Source of the DNA: a virus
Lineage: Duplodnaviria; Caudoviricetes
Length of the DNA stretch: 28,900 bases
IMG/VR virus record: IMGVR_UViG_3300037310_000289
Location: 1 to 28,900 of that record
Reading direction: 5' to 3' (one strand)
The position numbers were made by a program, and so were the translations under genes. The notes under the pieces were generated by a model, which was not told where the DNA came from, ran no database searches, and worked only from the letters and a program-made list of their open reading frames with translations. Positions 6,337 to 16,673 of this stretch are shown piece by piece. The stretch's first letter is position 1. Each line of letters starts with the position of its first letter.

Positions 6337-9300
6337 CAGATGACGCTTTCAAGAGGGGTTCCGGCCTGACCGGTGGGGCCGAGGGCGCGGACGCGGATGG
6401 CGATGCGGTTGGGATCGATCACTCCATCGGCCGACTGCTGGGCCGAGGTGTAGGTCAACGATGCGGCGGTCACGATCTGCACCCGGACCGGCGTGCCGAA
6501 GCTGCCGAAAGCGAACACCTCGACGCGGTACTGGGGTAGCAACTCGCTGTTGGGGAAGGTGGCGGTGTTCCAGTTCGTGCCGAAGCGCGTGCGTGGCGAC
6601 CAGGTGAACGTCACATCACCCGAGCCATCGCGGTTCGCACGCATGCGCGTGGGCGACAGCGGCTTGGTGCGCACGGACTCGAAGGGCGACGACACCGCTG
6701 GCGTGGTTGTGACGTTCCTGCCCGGGGCCACGGCTTTCCAGTAGTGCGTGCCGGCCGCGGAAAGATCGAGGTTGACGCTTCGCACTCCATCAAGCGACAG
6801 CACGATCAGCCGTTCGCCGGGGATGTGGCTGAACGCCAGGGCCTCGGTGCCTTTCATCGCGCGCAGCATCACGGACACGCGGAAGGTGTTGGTTGCGATC
6901 AGCGTAGCATTGATGAAACGCGCGCGCTCCCAGCCGCGGGTGGTGGAGCCGATCAATATGTTGTTGATCGACAGGTCCAGGCTCATGGCGGATTTGGTGC
7001 TGCTGGTCAGCGTGGCCCCATCGGCCATGAGCACGTCGAACGTACTTGCGCCATCCCAGGAGTAGCGCCCATCCCACGCCCGCAGGGAGGTGAGCAGCGT
7101 GCCCACTGCGGCCTCGCTGCTGACGTTGCCGGCGTTCTCAAAACTCCCGTCCGCGGTGGACGAGTGGTAGATACCGGCGAAGTCCGCCCCGTCGCGAAGA
7201 TCGACCGCGACGTATTGGCCGGCGGTGTTGTCGGCGTCGCGCTCCAACGGACTGTCGATGGGCAGCACCTCGGCGATGCCAGGCGTCTCGATCGTCAGCG
7301 TCGGCTCGGCGGCCCCGGCTTCGCTGACGATGCCTTCGTCCTGAATGTCTGCGGCGCGGTCGAGCACCCAATCGAACTGACGCACGTAGTCCGCGAAGGA
7401 CTCACGCACCAGCCGGACACGGCGCGACCATTCACCTTCCTTGACCACGGTCACGATGTCGCCGAGTTCGAGGTCGATGTATTTCAGGCCCACCGCCATC
7501 AAGCCGACGTTCGCCGCGGTCTTGCGATCCGCCGCGATGCTGTTGGCGATGCCCTTGATCTTCTTGGGCGTGATCGACAGGTTGAGCGAAAGGCTGTCGG
7601 TCTGGACGTTCGGTCCCAGGATGCGGTCATCCGTCTGCGTCTCGACCTGGTGATCTGCGTCCCCGTTTGCTGCGCTGACGCTGATTCTTCGCGGCACTTC
7701 GGCGGCCGAGTCGGTGTCGGGCTCGATGGGTTCATCTGCCGGTTGATCGACACCGGCGCCGAGGTCTTCATAGGTGATGGTGGCGACGGAAGCCTGCCCA
7801 CGAAGGCGGGTCTTGATGCCGTATCCGTCGTTCAGGACCATGAAGTTATAGGCCGTGGACAGTTCGTCAAACACAAACTTGCCGGTGCCCTGCGCCGTGT
7901 AGCCGATCTCCACGGTAATGCCGGCGGTTTCGGCAAGGTTCACCTGGTCAAGATTGATGCCGCACGCTTCGGCATAGTTTGCGAGGATGGTATTGAGCGC
8001 CACGCCCTCGGGCGTGACCGCCGGCAGCGAGAGAATGCCCTCCCACGCGAGGAAGCCCGACGGGCCAGTGGTGCTCTGGATCGCATACATCAACCCGCCT
8101 TCATACAAGGGCGGGTGCAGCATCGTGGCACCGTTGAACGGGCTGCCGGTCACGTCGAGCACGATGTTCCACGACCCGGCGGTGTACTGGTACAGGCGCT
8201 GGCTGTCGTAGCAGTAGAGGTTCCCTGCGGAGTTGCAGAAGATCACCGAACCCGGGGGCGAGGTCAGGTCCGGGCCGGCGCTGATCAGGTCGGCGGCGTT
8301 GTATTGCTTGAGGGTGCTGGACAGCACGTAGAGCGTGGTGCCGTCACACGCCAAACCCCCCACCGTGAGGGGGAACGCGGCCACGGTGACCTCGTGCGTG
8401 GGGGTGCCGGTGCCCTGCACGTAGCGCCACACCTTCGCGCCTTCGGTCGTGCTGCCGAGGTACACGATGCCGTCGCGTAGGACATAGCGCGTGTTGTTGT
8501 AGCCGGTGTGCACGTAGGCGGTGGCCTGCCCCGCCACGGCGATGAGCGTGGCCTCGACATCCGGGGTGTCGGTGTTGGCCGTGGCGCCGACTGCTGGCAC
8601 ATCGGATGAACCCGGCACGATGTTGGCCGCCATGCCATCCGCGCTGGCGTCAAAAGCGATGTCTTGCGTGCTGTAGTCCATGCCCGCCAGCACATCGAAG
8701 GTGGACGACGGGTTGGTGTAGCTGACCGACCACTCGTAGGCGTTCTGCGCGTAGCTGCCGGGCGGCGGCGAGAAGTAGAAGATCGTCCCATTGACGCGGT
8801 AGTTTTCGAGAATCTCGCCGCCCGAGGCGACGGAACTCACCAGCGTGGGCGCGGGGTCGATGTCCACCAGCACGCTGCCCGTTTGCTCGATGGCGGTGGG
8901 CGACAGCGAGTAGCCAAAGGCGATGGCCTCTTCCTTGGTGGCGTAGGTGCTCACGCCCCCATACCCGCCACCGTTGAAGACGAACCGGCCGGCCGACTTG
9001 ACCGGCACCACGCTCACGGATTCGTAGCCGACGCTGCCGGGCGCGCGGCTGAATGTGCCGTTGTCGGTGCTGATCAGCGTCCAGACCGACACGCCGAAAC
9101 CGTCTTCCGGGCCTGTGGTGACTTCGACCTCGATGGCCGGCGGGGTGCGGCCTTCGCACCATGCGCCGTCGAACCAGATGGTGGCCCAGCCGCGGTAGGC
9201 GGGCACGTTGCCGCCGAACTGCGGGTCGGCTTCGTAGGCGGGATGCGGCAGCTGGTCGTCGTCGCCGGGGTAGAAAGTGGCTTCCTGCCAGTGGCGGCTG

Positions 9301-9722
9301 ATCAGCGATGCGGCAATGTCCTCCCAATCCGCATCGGTGCGAAAGGTGGCCACCATCTCCTTGTTGCGCCAGATGCGCACCGCGGCCTGCACGCCGGCAC
9401 GGCAGATGAGCAAGCCCATGTTGCATCGGTAGCGGTAGCCGACCGTGCGCGAGCTGCTGCCCTTGGTTTCGACGCGCTGGGAGACGGCCTCAAGTTCGGA
9501 CTGGTACAGTCGCCATCCGGGCATTCTGCGCGTGCCGAAGACGCGCGGGATGGGAAAGCCGTACTCCACCTCGGTGGGGGCGAGAGAGCCAACCTCTGGG
9601 TTGGGCGGCTTGGGCGCGAAGGCGATACCGCCGATGGCCGAGCCGAGCGCGAAGCCCAGCTGCGGCATGCCGAAGAACGAGCCGACGACCCCGCCGGCGA
9701 TGCCCGCTGCGAGCTGCGCCAT
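6336..9722 (-). CDS. Large tail-tip/host-specificity protein (RcGTA megatron / lambda J-like), 1128 aa
   Basis: Start at 9722 (TAATG overlap). Gly-rich hydrophobic N-terminus, YGFPIPRVFGT, RIW, VPAYRG, VPRRISV, LELGD, WE..RF..A, LRA.KGTE and W.PRTR motifs. Position after NlpC/P60. Confidence 0.85.
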   Translation of the reverse strand: MAQLAAGIAGGVVGSFFGMPQLGFALGSAIGGIAFAPKPPNPEVGSLAPTEVEYGFPIPRVFGTRRMPGWRLYQSELEAVSQRVETKGSSSRTVGYRYRCNMGLLICRAGVQAAVRIWRNKEMVATFRTDADWEDIAASLISRHWQEATFYPGDDDQLPHPAYEADPQFGGNVPAYRGWATIWFDGAWCEGRTPPAIEVEVTTGPEDGFGVSVWTLISTDNGTFSRAPGSVGYESVSVVPVKSAGRFVFNGGGYGGVSTYATKEEAIAFGYSLSPTAIEQTGSVLVDIDPAPTLVSSVASGGEILENYRVNGTIFYFSPPPGSYAQNAYEWSVSYTNPSSTFDVLAGMDYSTQDIAFDASADGMAANIVPGSSDVPAVGATANTDTPDVEATLIAVAGQATAYVHTGYNNTRYVLRDGIVYLGSTTEGAKVWRYVQGTGTPTHEVTVAAFPLTVGGLACDGTTLYVLSSTLKQYNAADLISAGPDLTSPPGSVIFCNSAGNLYCYDSQRLYQYTAGSWNIVLDVTGSPFNGATMLHPPLYEGGLMYAIQSTTGPSGFLAWEGILSLPAVTPEGVALNTILANYAEACGINLDQVNLAETAGITVEIGYTAQGTGKFVFDELSTAYNFMVLNDGYGIKTRLRGQASVATITYEDLGAGVDQPADEPIEPDTDSAAEVPRRISVSAANGDADHQVETQTDDRILGPNVQTDSLSLNLSITPKKIKGIANSIAADRKTAANVGLMAVGLKYIDLELGDIVTVVKEGEWSRRVRLVRESFADYVRQFDWVLDRAADIQDEGIVSEAGAAEPTLTIETPGIAEVLPIDSPLERDADNTAGQYVAVDLRDGADFAGIYHSSTADGSFENAGNVSSEAAVGTLLTSLRAWDGRYSWDGASTFDVLMADGATLTSSTKSAMSLDLSINNILIGSTTRGWERARFINATLIATNTFRVSVMLRAMKGTEALAFSHIPGERLIVLSLDGVRSVNLDLSAAGTHYWKAVAPGRNVTTTPAVSSPFESVRTKPLSPTRMRANRDGSGDVTFTWSPRTRFGTNWNTATFPNSELLPQYRVEVFAFGSFGTPVRVQIVTAASLTYTSAQQSADGVIDPNRIAIRVRALGPTGQAGTPLESVI

Positions 9723-10183
9723 TACGCCACCCCCGGGATCGCGTAGTTGCGCACCAGACGCATGGGAGGCATCAGGCGGTTCTCGCGCACCATGTTCGGC
9801 GCGCCGGGGCCGACCGCGTGCACGAAGGACACGCCGCCGTGCGCGTAGGGCACGACGATTGCCAAGTGGTGTGCCTGCGCGCCGCCCATGACGAAGACCG
9901 ACATGCCGCCGATGCGCGGCGCGCTGACGCGCAGGAGCATGCGATCGCAGATGTCCAGCAGGCTGCCATCGGGAATGAGTGGGTAGCCGGTGACATCGGC
10001 ATCTGGCGCGACCAATCCGCAAGCGCGGCAGGTGAGCACGCCCACGCCGATGCAATCGGCGCCCACACCGGGCAGGCGGCCATGCGGCACGAACGGCGTG
10101 CCCTTGAGAGCGCGCGCGGCGGCTATCACCTGGGCTGCGGTGGCGGTGCCGGTCCAGATCCAGCGCGACAGGTTGATGCTCAT
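9722..10183 (-). CDS. NlpC/P60 tail-associated peptidase (RcGTA g14-like), 153 aa
   Basis: GTPF..HGR.PG.G.DCIG (Cys), HLAI (His) and FVHA motifs. ATGA-coupled start. Confidence 0.85.
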   Translation of the reverse strand: MSINLSRWIWTGTATAAQVIAAARALKGTPFVPHGRLPGVGADCIGVGVLTCRACGLVAPDADVTGYPLIPDGSLLDICDRMLLRVSAPRIGGMSVFVMGGAQAHHLAIVVPYAHGGVSFVHAVGPGAPNMVRENRLMPPMRLVRNYAIPGVA

Positions 10184-11097
10184 GCGTCCTGCCCCGGCGG
10201 GTTCAGGGCCTTGTCGGGTCCGGGGGCATGCGGGAAGCCGCCGAAGTTCAGGTACTGGCCAGGCGTGATGGCCGAGAACTTGCCGACGCAATCTTCCTGG
10301 AAGCGGCCGCGGCAGCCCCACACCGCGGTGAACTCATCGCCCACTTGGATGCCGCGCACCATGTCTTCGTCGAGCGTGAAGACGCCGGCCGCCGAGGCGA
10401 TGATGCGCACCTGGCGCCCGGCATTCAGCCCAAGCGTCCAGGTCAGCAGGCCATTGCCGAAGGCATCATCGGCGATGGCGGCCAGCGAGGACGCGGTGAA
10501 CTGGCGCGCGGAGGACACAGCGGTGACGGGCACGTCGGTCCAGGTGACGCCGGATGTGTCGAAGCGGCAAAAGCCGTCGCGCTCGGAGTTGCTGCCTAGG
10601 GTCCACAGGCAACCTTTCTGCGTGATTGGAGTGGGGTTGCCATTGAGAAGCTGGCGGATGTCGCGCAGCTCCATGATGAAGTGGCCAAGCCTCGGCTTCA
10701 CCTTGCCAACGATGCCGCACGAGATGGGGCCGAAGCCGTACTCTGGATGCGCCCAGCAGTACAGGCCCACAACCCAGGGCGCAGCGTGCCAACGCTGGTC
10801 AAGCACGTCGGGCAACGTCACGACGCCGCCTTCGAGCACCTCGGCCTCGAGGTTGTCTACATCGGTGCCGACGCTGCGGGAAATGGCGCTGACGTTGACG
10901 CCTGTGCCATCCGCTGGATCGAACTCGACGCCGTTGACGGTAGCGCCGGCCAGCGGTATGCCGTCGAGAGTGCTCGCAATATCGGCAGTGGTGGCAGCGA
11001 GGCGGGTGCCGTCGGAGCGTTCGATAAGCAGCGCCAGTGCCAAGCGTGGCGATTGGTTCTGGGACTCGGTGACGAGGTTGGCCGGCCAGGATCTCAC
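10180..11097 (-). CDS. Baseplate hub protein, DUF2163/BR0599 family (RcGTA g13-like)
   Basis: I.R.DG......D N-terminus, DVDNLE, C...LG...C and GC......C..KF.....NFGGFP..PG, giving the four-Cys pattern of this family. Confidence 0.85.
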   Translation of the reverse strand: MRSWPANLVTESQNQSPRLALALLIERSDGTRLAATTADIASTLDGIPLAGATVNGVEFDPADGTGVNVSAISRSVGTDVDNLEAEVLEGGVVTLPDVLDQRWHAAPWVVGLYCWAHPEYGFGPISCGIVGKVKPRLGHFIMELRDIRQLLNGNPTPITQKGCLWTLGSNSERDGFCRFDTSGVTWTDVPVTAVSSARQFTASSLAAIADDAFGNGLLTWTLGLNAGRQVRIIASAAGVFTLDEDMVRGIQVGDEFTAVWGCRGRFQEDCVGKFSAITPGQYLNFGGFPHAPGPDKALNPPGQDA

Positions 11098-11750
11098 TCG
11101 CGCACCTCGACGATGTCGATATCTTCCCAGGCCAAGAACAAGGTGCCGTCGCCGCGGCGATGCACGAGACGCGCGTTGACTTGATCGACGTCATAGCGGC
11201 AGGGTACGTAGAACTGGCACGCGACTTCGCGCGTGGCGGCGCCGGGCGCGCTGGAGAAAGTGACGATGCCGCCAGCGGCATCATCACCGTAGTTGACTGT
11301 GTAGCCACCGCTCTGCAGTACGCCGCTGAGCCAGACCTGCACCGTGTCGTTCACCGGCCGGGTGAGGCGGCGCACGTACTCGAACGTGGGATTGTCGCCA
11401 TACACCTTGGCGATCTGGAAAGTGGTGCTCGTGAGCTGTACCAAGCGGCCGTGCGCGCGGTGGCACACGTAGTCCGTCCAGTCTTTGAACGGCCACTTGT
11501 GGGCGCGCCCGCGCGCCATGAAGAGATGGTTGCGTGCGGCCTCGTGGCGCGTGCTGCTGGGGGCCACCGTGCCGTCGGGCAGCAGCTTCTTCAGCCCTTG
11601 GCTGATGTTCCAGCGGCCTCGCGTGTAGGCCCATTCCTGGACGCCGAACTCAAAGCCGCCCTGCGACTCGACCAAGGTCGTCTTAAAGCCCAGGCCACCC
11701 GTGGCGCCGCGCGCGATCAGGTCCGGCAGCGGCGTGCCCAGCCAGGCCAT
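11094..11750 (-). CDS. Distal tail protein, DUF2460 family (RcGTA g12-like), 218 aa
   Basis: GA.GG..F.T......GG.E....W, F.ARGRA..W.FKDW.DY, FQ..K.Y, I.TF..AP and F.VP.R.D.D motifs. Directly follows the tape measure. Confidence 0.88.
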   Translation of the reverse strand: MAWLGTPLPDLIARGATGGLGFKTTLVESQGGFEFGVQEWAYTRGRWNISQGLKKLLPDGTVAPSSTRHEAARNHLFMARGRAHKWPFKDWTDYVCHRAHGRLVQLTSTTFQIAKVYGDNPTFEYVRRLTRPVNDTVQVWLSGVLQSGGYTVNYGDDAAGGIVTFSSAPGAATREVACQFYVPCRYDVDQVNARLVHRRGDGTLFLAWEDIDIVEVRE

Positions 11751-14700
11751 CAGGCCGTCCCCCGTGCCACAACCTGCGCGATCGCGCGGCGCTGCGCTGC
11801 CATGATCTGCGCCTGGGTGCGCTTGTCCACGGGGCCGCTGATGCGGTTGGTGATAGGTGCGTTGACATTGGTGATGCGGTCGCCGCGGACCTGCGGAGAT
11901 CGGTCTTCGTTGCCGCGCCACACGTGCACGTAGCCGCCGTCGGCATAGCCCGGCAGGTGCACGCGCGGCGCGCCGCCGCGCGCCTGCTGGTGCATCTGCT
12001 CGAGCGCGGGCACGCCCAGGCGCTGCACTGCGGCAGCGCTGAAGACGTACTCACCGCCGTGCACCACGCCCACCGCGGCCGTGGCCGGGGCGGGGCCGGT
12101 GTAGCCGCCTTGGGCGAAGCCGAACAGGCTGCCCAGGGCACCGAAGATGCCCGCGCTGCCGCCGCCTGCACCCGAGAACACCTGCGCCAGCAGCGCGGGC
12201 AGTTGCTGCGCGAACACGCCGCCGAGGCTCAGCGCGTCTTCGCCCAGGCGCGCGAGCTGCGGCAGCACGCCTTCGACGCCGTCGCGCAGCGGCGCTAGCA
12301 CGTCGGCGCTCTCGCCGCCGACGCTGGCCTCGATGCGGCGCAGCACGTCGCGCTCGGCGCCGGGTTGCTCGCTGCCGATACCGGTGCCGAAGATGTCGAA
12401 GGCGGCAAAGCCGCGAGGAAGGCCCAGGAGGCCGCCGATGCCAGCGACGCTACCCTGCCCTCGACCGGGCCCGCCGAGCGCGTCAGCGGCCCGTTGCGCG
12501 GCCAGCGTGAGGGCATCCAGCGCTTGCACGGTGCCGGCGCTGGCGATGGGGACGGACGCGCCGCGCCCGCCGAGCGCCGATTCGGTGAACGTCGGCAGGC
12601 GCGGCTCGTTCGGGTTGATGGGCGGCGTGAATACCGGCAAGTTGCCGCCGGGCTGGCGCCCCACCACAAACACGTTGCGAATCGCCTCGCCAAAGCCGCC
12701 ACCCTGCCCCGGCTCTGTCACGCTGCTGATGAATCCGCGCACGAAGTCGGCGAACGGCCGCTCGATAAGCTCGCGCGTGCCGATGCGCAGCAGGCTCTGC
12801 TCGAGACTGTCGATGATGCTCTTGGCGTCGCGAAAGTTGAGCGACAGCGCGCCGGCGGCCTGACCGAAGGCGTCGGCCACTTCGTCGCCGAGATCGCGCA
12901 GGCGCTCCAGCGCAGGATCGACGGCGACGCTCAGGCGCTCGACCTCCAGGCGAAGTTGCCGCGCGAACTCGACGGCCGGGCTGTTGGGGTCTGCCGACTG
13001 CGCCAGCGCCTCGGTGGCGGCAAGTTGCTGGCGCAGTTGATCGAGCGCGCGCGAACGCACGGCGAAGATTTGCTGCTCGGTCTCGGCGCGACTGGCGCCG
13101 GACACGCGTGCAGCCAGCGCGATGCGCTCCTCCGCGTCGGCCAGACGCGAGGTGATGCCCTGCACGCCGCGCTGCGCGTCGCCGAAGGCGACGGCCGCTT
13201 GCTGCGCGCGCTCGAAGGAGCGGATGTCGTCTTCGGAGATGCCGACGCTGCGCGCGCTGCGGCGTGCCTGCTCGATCGCCAGCTCGGCGCGGATTCGAGC
13301 AGCGCCGCCGGCATCGCCCTGCAGCTCGAGCGCCTGAGCCTGGAACTCGCGCAGGCGCTCGGTGGCCTGCTGCGTGGCGCGCGCCTGGTCGTTGAAGCCG
13401 AGCACCGATTGCCGGCTGTACTGCTCCAGCGCGCGCGCGGACTTGGCGCGCACCTCGTCGATGCGCTCCTCGGTCTTGATGCGCTCGCTCGGATCGGTGG
13501 TGCGGGCCAGGAACGCGCGCAGCGCCTCCTCCTCGGCCTTGAAGGTGTCGAGTTGCTGCTGCAGGCCGCGCGCCTCGATCTGGCGGCGCTCGTTGTAGAA
13601 CTCGGCCACGCTGAGCGCGCCGTCCTGGTACACGCGCTCGAGGTAGTCCTCGTGGAACTGCAGTTGATCGCGCTCAAGGCCGAGGGCGGCGTCGAGCGCC
13701 TTGATCTGCCGGTCGAGGATGGCCTTGCGCTCCTGCTCGGCTTCGCGCAGGGCCTTGTTGGCCTCGTTGTCGGAGGCGATGGGCCGGAAGCGCGGGCCGG
13801 GCTGCGGGCGCGGCGCGGCGAACTTCGAGATGTCGTTCAGCCCGGCCTGCTCACCGAGCTTCTCGGCAGCGAAGCGCTCGCGCAGGCCGCGGCTTAGGGC
13901 AAAGTCATCACCTTGCAGCAGGCCGATCAGGCGCTTGTTGGCATCGGCGACGGCGGCGTTGCGCGCGTCCAGCGCTTCCTTGAGCGGGCCGGTGCCGCTG
14001 GCGACGAACTCGGCTACTGCTTTGGGATTGTCGAGCGCCAGCTTGCCGAGCTTGAGGTTGGCGTCGGCGCTCTTCACGCCCGCCACCACGGTGCCGATGG
14101 CGCGGCCGGAGAACACCGCCGCATCAGCCAGCACTGCCAGGCCTTCGGCCGCGCTCTGCGCGAAGGCGCGGATGCCGTTGTTGGCTGCAAGCTGCGTGGC
14201 CGCCGAGTCGATGCCCGTGAGTTTCTGGATCGCCTTGACCAGTTCCTCGGTCAGCGCGTTGAATGCCGGCAGCGCCTGCAATGCGGCCACCTGCGCGGCC
14301 TGGCGCAGCTCGCTGCGCAGCTTGGCGTTACGGTCGGTCAGCTCGTCGGCCAGGCGGATCTGCTCGGCCGTGAGGCGATTTTGCGTGACGCCGCTCTGCG
14401 CCAGTTCCTTCAAGAACGGCAGCGCGTTAGCACTGCCTCTGCCGAGCAGCGCGAGGGCCACAGCCGTGCGGTCGGCGCCGTTGCTGACTTGCGCCAGCCG
14501 CTCGGCAAGCGTGCCGAACTGCTCTTCGGGCTTGAGCGCGCGGAACTCCTCAAGATTCAGGCCCAGGAGCTTCAGCGCTGCACCCGCGCCCTTGCTCTCC
14601 TCGCTGGTCTTGCTCAGCGTGCCTGTAAGCCGGACCATGAAGCCGGCGAGCTGATCGACGCTGATGCCCGCAACATCGGCCGGCGTGATGAGCGCGGACA

Positions 14701-14968
14701 GGGCCTCGGCGCTGGCACCCGTCTTTTCCTCCAGGTCTTGCAGCGCAGCGGCGCCTTCGACGAGCGAAGGCACGATGCCGATGACACTGCTCGCCAGTTG
14801 CGAGGCGGCATTGGCCAGCAGCGAGCCGGTGAAGACGGCGCCGACGCCCGAGAAGCCACGGCCCATGCGGGCCGCCGCGCGTTCCACCGAGCCGGCAGCG
14901 CGGTTCAGGTCCGCCTCGAACTTGGCGAACTCGGCGCGAATGTCGATCGACAGCGTGGCTAGAGCCAT
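11750..14968 (-). CDS. Tail tape measure protein (1072 aa)
   Basis: [20 protein letters not shown]-terminus, long Ala-rich helical body, and C-terminal FAQGGY...VHGGEYV...YADGGYV motifs. Follows the chaperones. Confidence 0.92.
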   Translation of the reverse strand: MALATLSIDIRAEFAKFEADLNRAAGSVERAAARMGRGFSGVGAVFTGSLLANAASQLASSVIGIVPSLVEGAAALQDLEEKTGASAEALSALITPADVAGISVDQLAGFMVRLTGTLSKTSEESKGAGAALKLLGLNLEEFRALKPEEQFGTLAERLAQVSNGADRTAVALALLGRGSANALPFLKELAQSGVTQNRLTAEQIRLADELTDRNAKLRSELRQAAQVAALQALPAFNALTEELVKAIQKLTGIDSAATQLAANNGIRAFAQSAAEGLAVLADAAVFSGRAIGTVVAGVKSADANLKLGKLALDNPKAVAEFVASGTGPLKEALDARNAAVADANKRLIGLLQGDDFALSRGLRERFAAEKLGEQAGLNDISKFAAPRPQPGPRFRPIASDNEANKALREAEQERKAILDRQIKALDAALGLERDQLQFHEDYLERVYQDGALSVAEFYNERRQIEARGLQQQLDTFKAEEEALRAFLARTTDPSERIKTEERIDEVRAKSARALEQYSRQSVLGFNDQARATQQATERLREFQAQALELQGDAGGAARIRAELAIEQARRSARSVGISEDDIRSFERAQQAAVAFGDAQRGVQGITSRLADAEERIALAARVSGASRAETEQQIFAVRSRALDQLRQQLAATEALAQSADPNSPAVEFARQLRLEVERLSVAVDPALERLRDLGDEVADAFGQAAGALSLNFRDAKSIIDSLEQSLLRIGTRELIERPFADFVRGFISSVTEPGQGGGFGEAIRNVFVVGRQPGGNLPVFTPPINPNEPRLPTFTESALGGRGASVPIASAGTVQALDALTLAAQRAADALGGPGRGQGSVAGIGGLLGLPRGFAAFDIFGTGIGSEQPGAERDVLRRIEASVGGESADVLAPLRDGVEGVLPQLARLGEDALSLGGVFAQQLPALLAQVFSGAGGGSAGIFGALGSLFGFAQGGYTGPAPATAAVGVVHGGEYVFSAAAVQRLGVPALEQMHQQARGGAPRVHLPGYADGGYVHVWRGNEDRSPQVRGDRITNVNAPITNRISGPVDKRTQAQIMAAQRRAIAQVVARGTA

Positions 14969-14971
14969 CGG

Positions 14972-15250
14972 CTACTGCTCCAGTTGTTCATCGTCTTCAG
15001 CCTCAGCCTCGCGATCCTTGCGCTTGCCCGGCGGCTGCCAGGTCTTGATGGCGCCCAAGTCGTCGATCAACGCCTCCACGTCGGCGATACCCAGGTGCGC
15101 AGCCACCAGGGGCAGGCCGTGCCAGTCTATGCCGCCCATCCCGTTGGACAGCAGGTTCCAGGCAGCGATGGCATTGCGCGCGCTGGCGCACTGCGGTTCA
15201 TCGATCGCCCAATCCTCGTGCTGCGCATCGAGGTGGGCAATCAGTTTCCC
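14972..15250 (-). CDS. Tail assembly chaperone extension (gpT-like), reached by -1 frameshift
   Basis: The -1 frame opens GKLIAHLDAQHEDW...AWNLL..GMGGIDW.GLP and has no convincing start of its own at its 5' end. Confidence 0.75.
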   Translation of the reverse strand, partial: GKLIAHLDAQHEDWAIDEPQCASARNAIAAWNLLSNGMGGIDWHGLPLVAAHLGIADVEALIDDLGAIKTWQPPGKRKDREAEAEDDEQLEQ

Positions 15251-15591
15251 GATTCGGCCTTGCGCTGCGCTGCGCGACGCTCGATCTGCGCAACCATCTC
15301 GTCGGCGATCTTGCTGGCCCAATCGCGCCGATCGCCCACGAGTTCGCGCCACAGATCCACGTGATAGTCCACCGCATCGCTGGCGCCGCCGGGCAAAAGG
15401 TCGGCCTCGGTGAAGCCCTCCCATTTGACCGTGAAGCGCACGATGGCATCGACCGACACGCCGTTGATGACGTGGTGCATCTCGGCAGCTTCTTGCGGGC
15501 GCAGCAGGAAGACGCGCTTGCCGCTTTCCAGCTGCACGAAGAACTGCCGCTGCTCGCGCATCTGGCGCAGCAGGGCGGCAACGTCGCTCAT
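15241..15591 (-). CDS. Tail assembly chaperone (gpG-like), 116 aa
   Basis: ATGA-coupled to the tail tube gene, with a W.GFTEADLLPGG.SD.V motif. Ends at the slippery site. Confidence 0.8.
   Translation of the reverse strand: MSDVAALLRQMREQRQFFVQLESGKRVFLLRPQEAAEMHHVINGVSVDAIVRFTVKWEGFTEADLLPGGASDAVDYHVDLWRELVGDRRDWASKIADEMVAQIERRAAQRKAESGN
15244..15250 (-). other. Programmed -1 ribosomal frameshift heptamer G GGA AAC
   Basis: TCG GGA AAC TGA at the chaperone end is an X XXY YYZ site in the correct phase. Confidence 0.8.
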
Positions 15592-16235
15592 GCCGGCAGC
15601 TTGAGGTACAGGCCGCGACCCTTGACCGAGAACGTGCCACGGCCGAGCTGCTTGGCCTGCACGTCTTCGCCGGGCGCCGACGGGGTGCCGTAGTACACGC
15701 GCACGCCGCCGCCTTGCAGCGTGATGCGAAGCAGCACCTTGCGCGAGATGCGTGCCGACTCCTCGATGTAGATCATGCCGGTAGAGGGCACTTCGCGCGC
15801 CAGCGCCGGAATGGTGATGGGCTGCGCGGCCAGGTTGCCAGCCTCGATCACGTCGATCACATCGAGCAGGGTCGTCGCGTCGAGATCCTCGGTCGCTGCG
15901 TCGGGCACGTTGAACGCGGTGGACTCGGCAATGGTGGCCCACGTGGTGCCGATGTAGTACGAGCCGGACGTGAAGTCGGTCATCAGACTGGTGTTCAGAC
16001 CCTGCATCTCGAAGGTGTTGGCGGTCACGTTCTTGATACGGAACGCCTGGTCTTCGATTTGCTCCATGCCAACCATCGTGTCCCAGTACCCGACAGCGTT
16101 GTTGGCCAAGCCATGCGCGGTGCGTGTGACCACGCCCGGATTGGCTTGGGTGATGTCACTGGCATCGGTGACGGCCGCAGCCAAAGCCGTGGCGACTTCC
16201 ACTCGAATGCCGCGGCCCTTGATGTAAGTTGCCAT
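15588..16235 (-). CDS. Major tail tube protein (215 aa)
   Basis: Strong RBS GAAAGGA and position after the tail terminator. ITQANPGVVT..AHGL N-terminal module and D.TTL.D.......G motif. Confidence 0.85.
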   Translation of the reverse strand: MATYIKGRGIRVEVATALAAAVTDASDITQANPGVVTRTAHGLANNAVGYWDTMVGMEQIEDQAFRIKNVTANTFEMQGLNTSLMTDFTSGSYYIGTTWATIAESTAFNVPDAATEDLDATTLLDVIDVIEAGNLAAQPITIPALAREVPSTGMIYIEESARISRKVLLRITLQGGGVRVYYGTPSAPGEDVQAKQLGRGTFSVKGRGLYLKLPA

Positions 16236-16258
16236 GAGGTTTTCCTTTCAGGAGAAGA

Positions 16259-16274
16259 ACCGGCCGTGGCCGGT
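16259..16274 (-). promoter_or_regulatory. Stable hairpin upstream of the tail tube RBS
   Basis: ACCGGC-CACG-GCCGGT followed by TCTTCTCCT, in one of the few intergenic gaps. Confidence 0.4.
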
Positions 16275-16301
16275 GGGTTGGGGGGGAAAGGTGAAGTGGC
16301 A

Positions 16302-16673
16302 CTATGCGTCCTGCCAGAAGTCGAAGGCGATCTCGGTGCCTTCGAGATCGAGGTTGTGCTCGGCGATGGTGTCGCGTGTCTCGGTGAGCAGACCGCCATC
16401 TTCCATCGTGCTGGCCTGCATGGCTGCCTCGAGCGCGTCGGCCACCTGCTCGCACTGAGTGCGCGTGTCACCCCAGCACTGCACTCGGAAGCGGTAGCGC
16501 GTGGTGGCAAGCGCGCTGTCCAGCAGGTACTCGGGCTCGCGTTCGACGACGTACACGATGTACGGCCGCGGCGCACCCTGCTCGACCTTGTCGGGCACGA
16601 GGCGGTCGCCGATGAGCGCGGCCAGAGGCGCGTGCGAGAGCATGCTGGCGACGAAGTCGCTCTCGACGCTCAC
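16302..16673 (-). CDS. Tail terminator/completion protein (DUF3168 / gp17-like), 123 aa
   Basis: GTGA-coupled start, with L.ALIGDRL.P...QG..RPYIVY and FRVQCWG motifs. Confidence 0.82.
   Translation of the reverse strand: MSVESDFVASMLSHAPLAALIGDRLVPDKVEQGAPRPYIVYVVEREPEYLLDSALATTRYRFRVQCWGDTRTQCEQVADALEAAMQASTMEDGGLLTETRDTIAEHNLDLEGTEIAFDFWQDA

Noticed and set aside
3766-9722. Diversity-generating retroelement or invertible fibre cassette
   Set aside because: I found no reverse transcriptase, invertase, template/variable repeat pair or oppositely oriented fibre fragments in the window by eye.
9723-10055. Upstream extensions in the ORF track (also 5447-5902, 11751-11921, 15592-15942, 22311-23006, 24065-24226)
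   Set aside because: These Arg-rich extensions overlap the preceding gene. Internal starts at stop-start overlaps fit much better.
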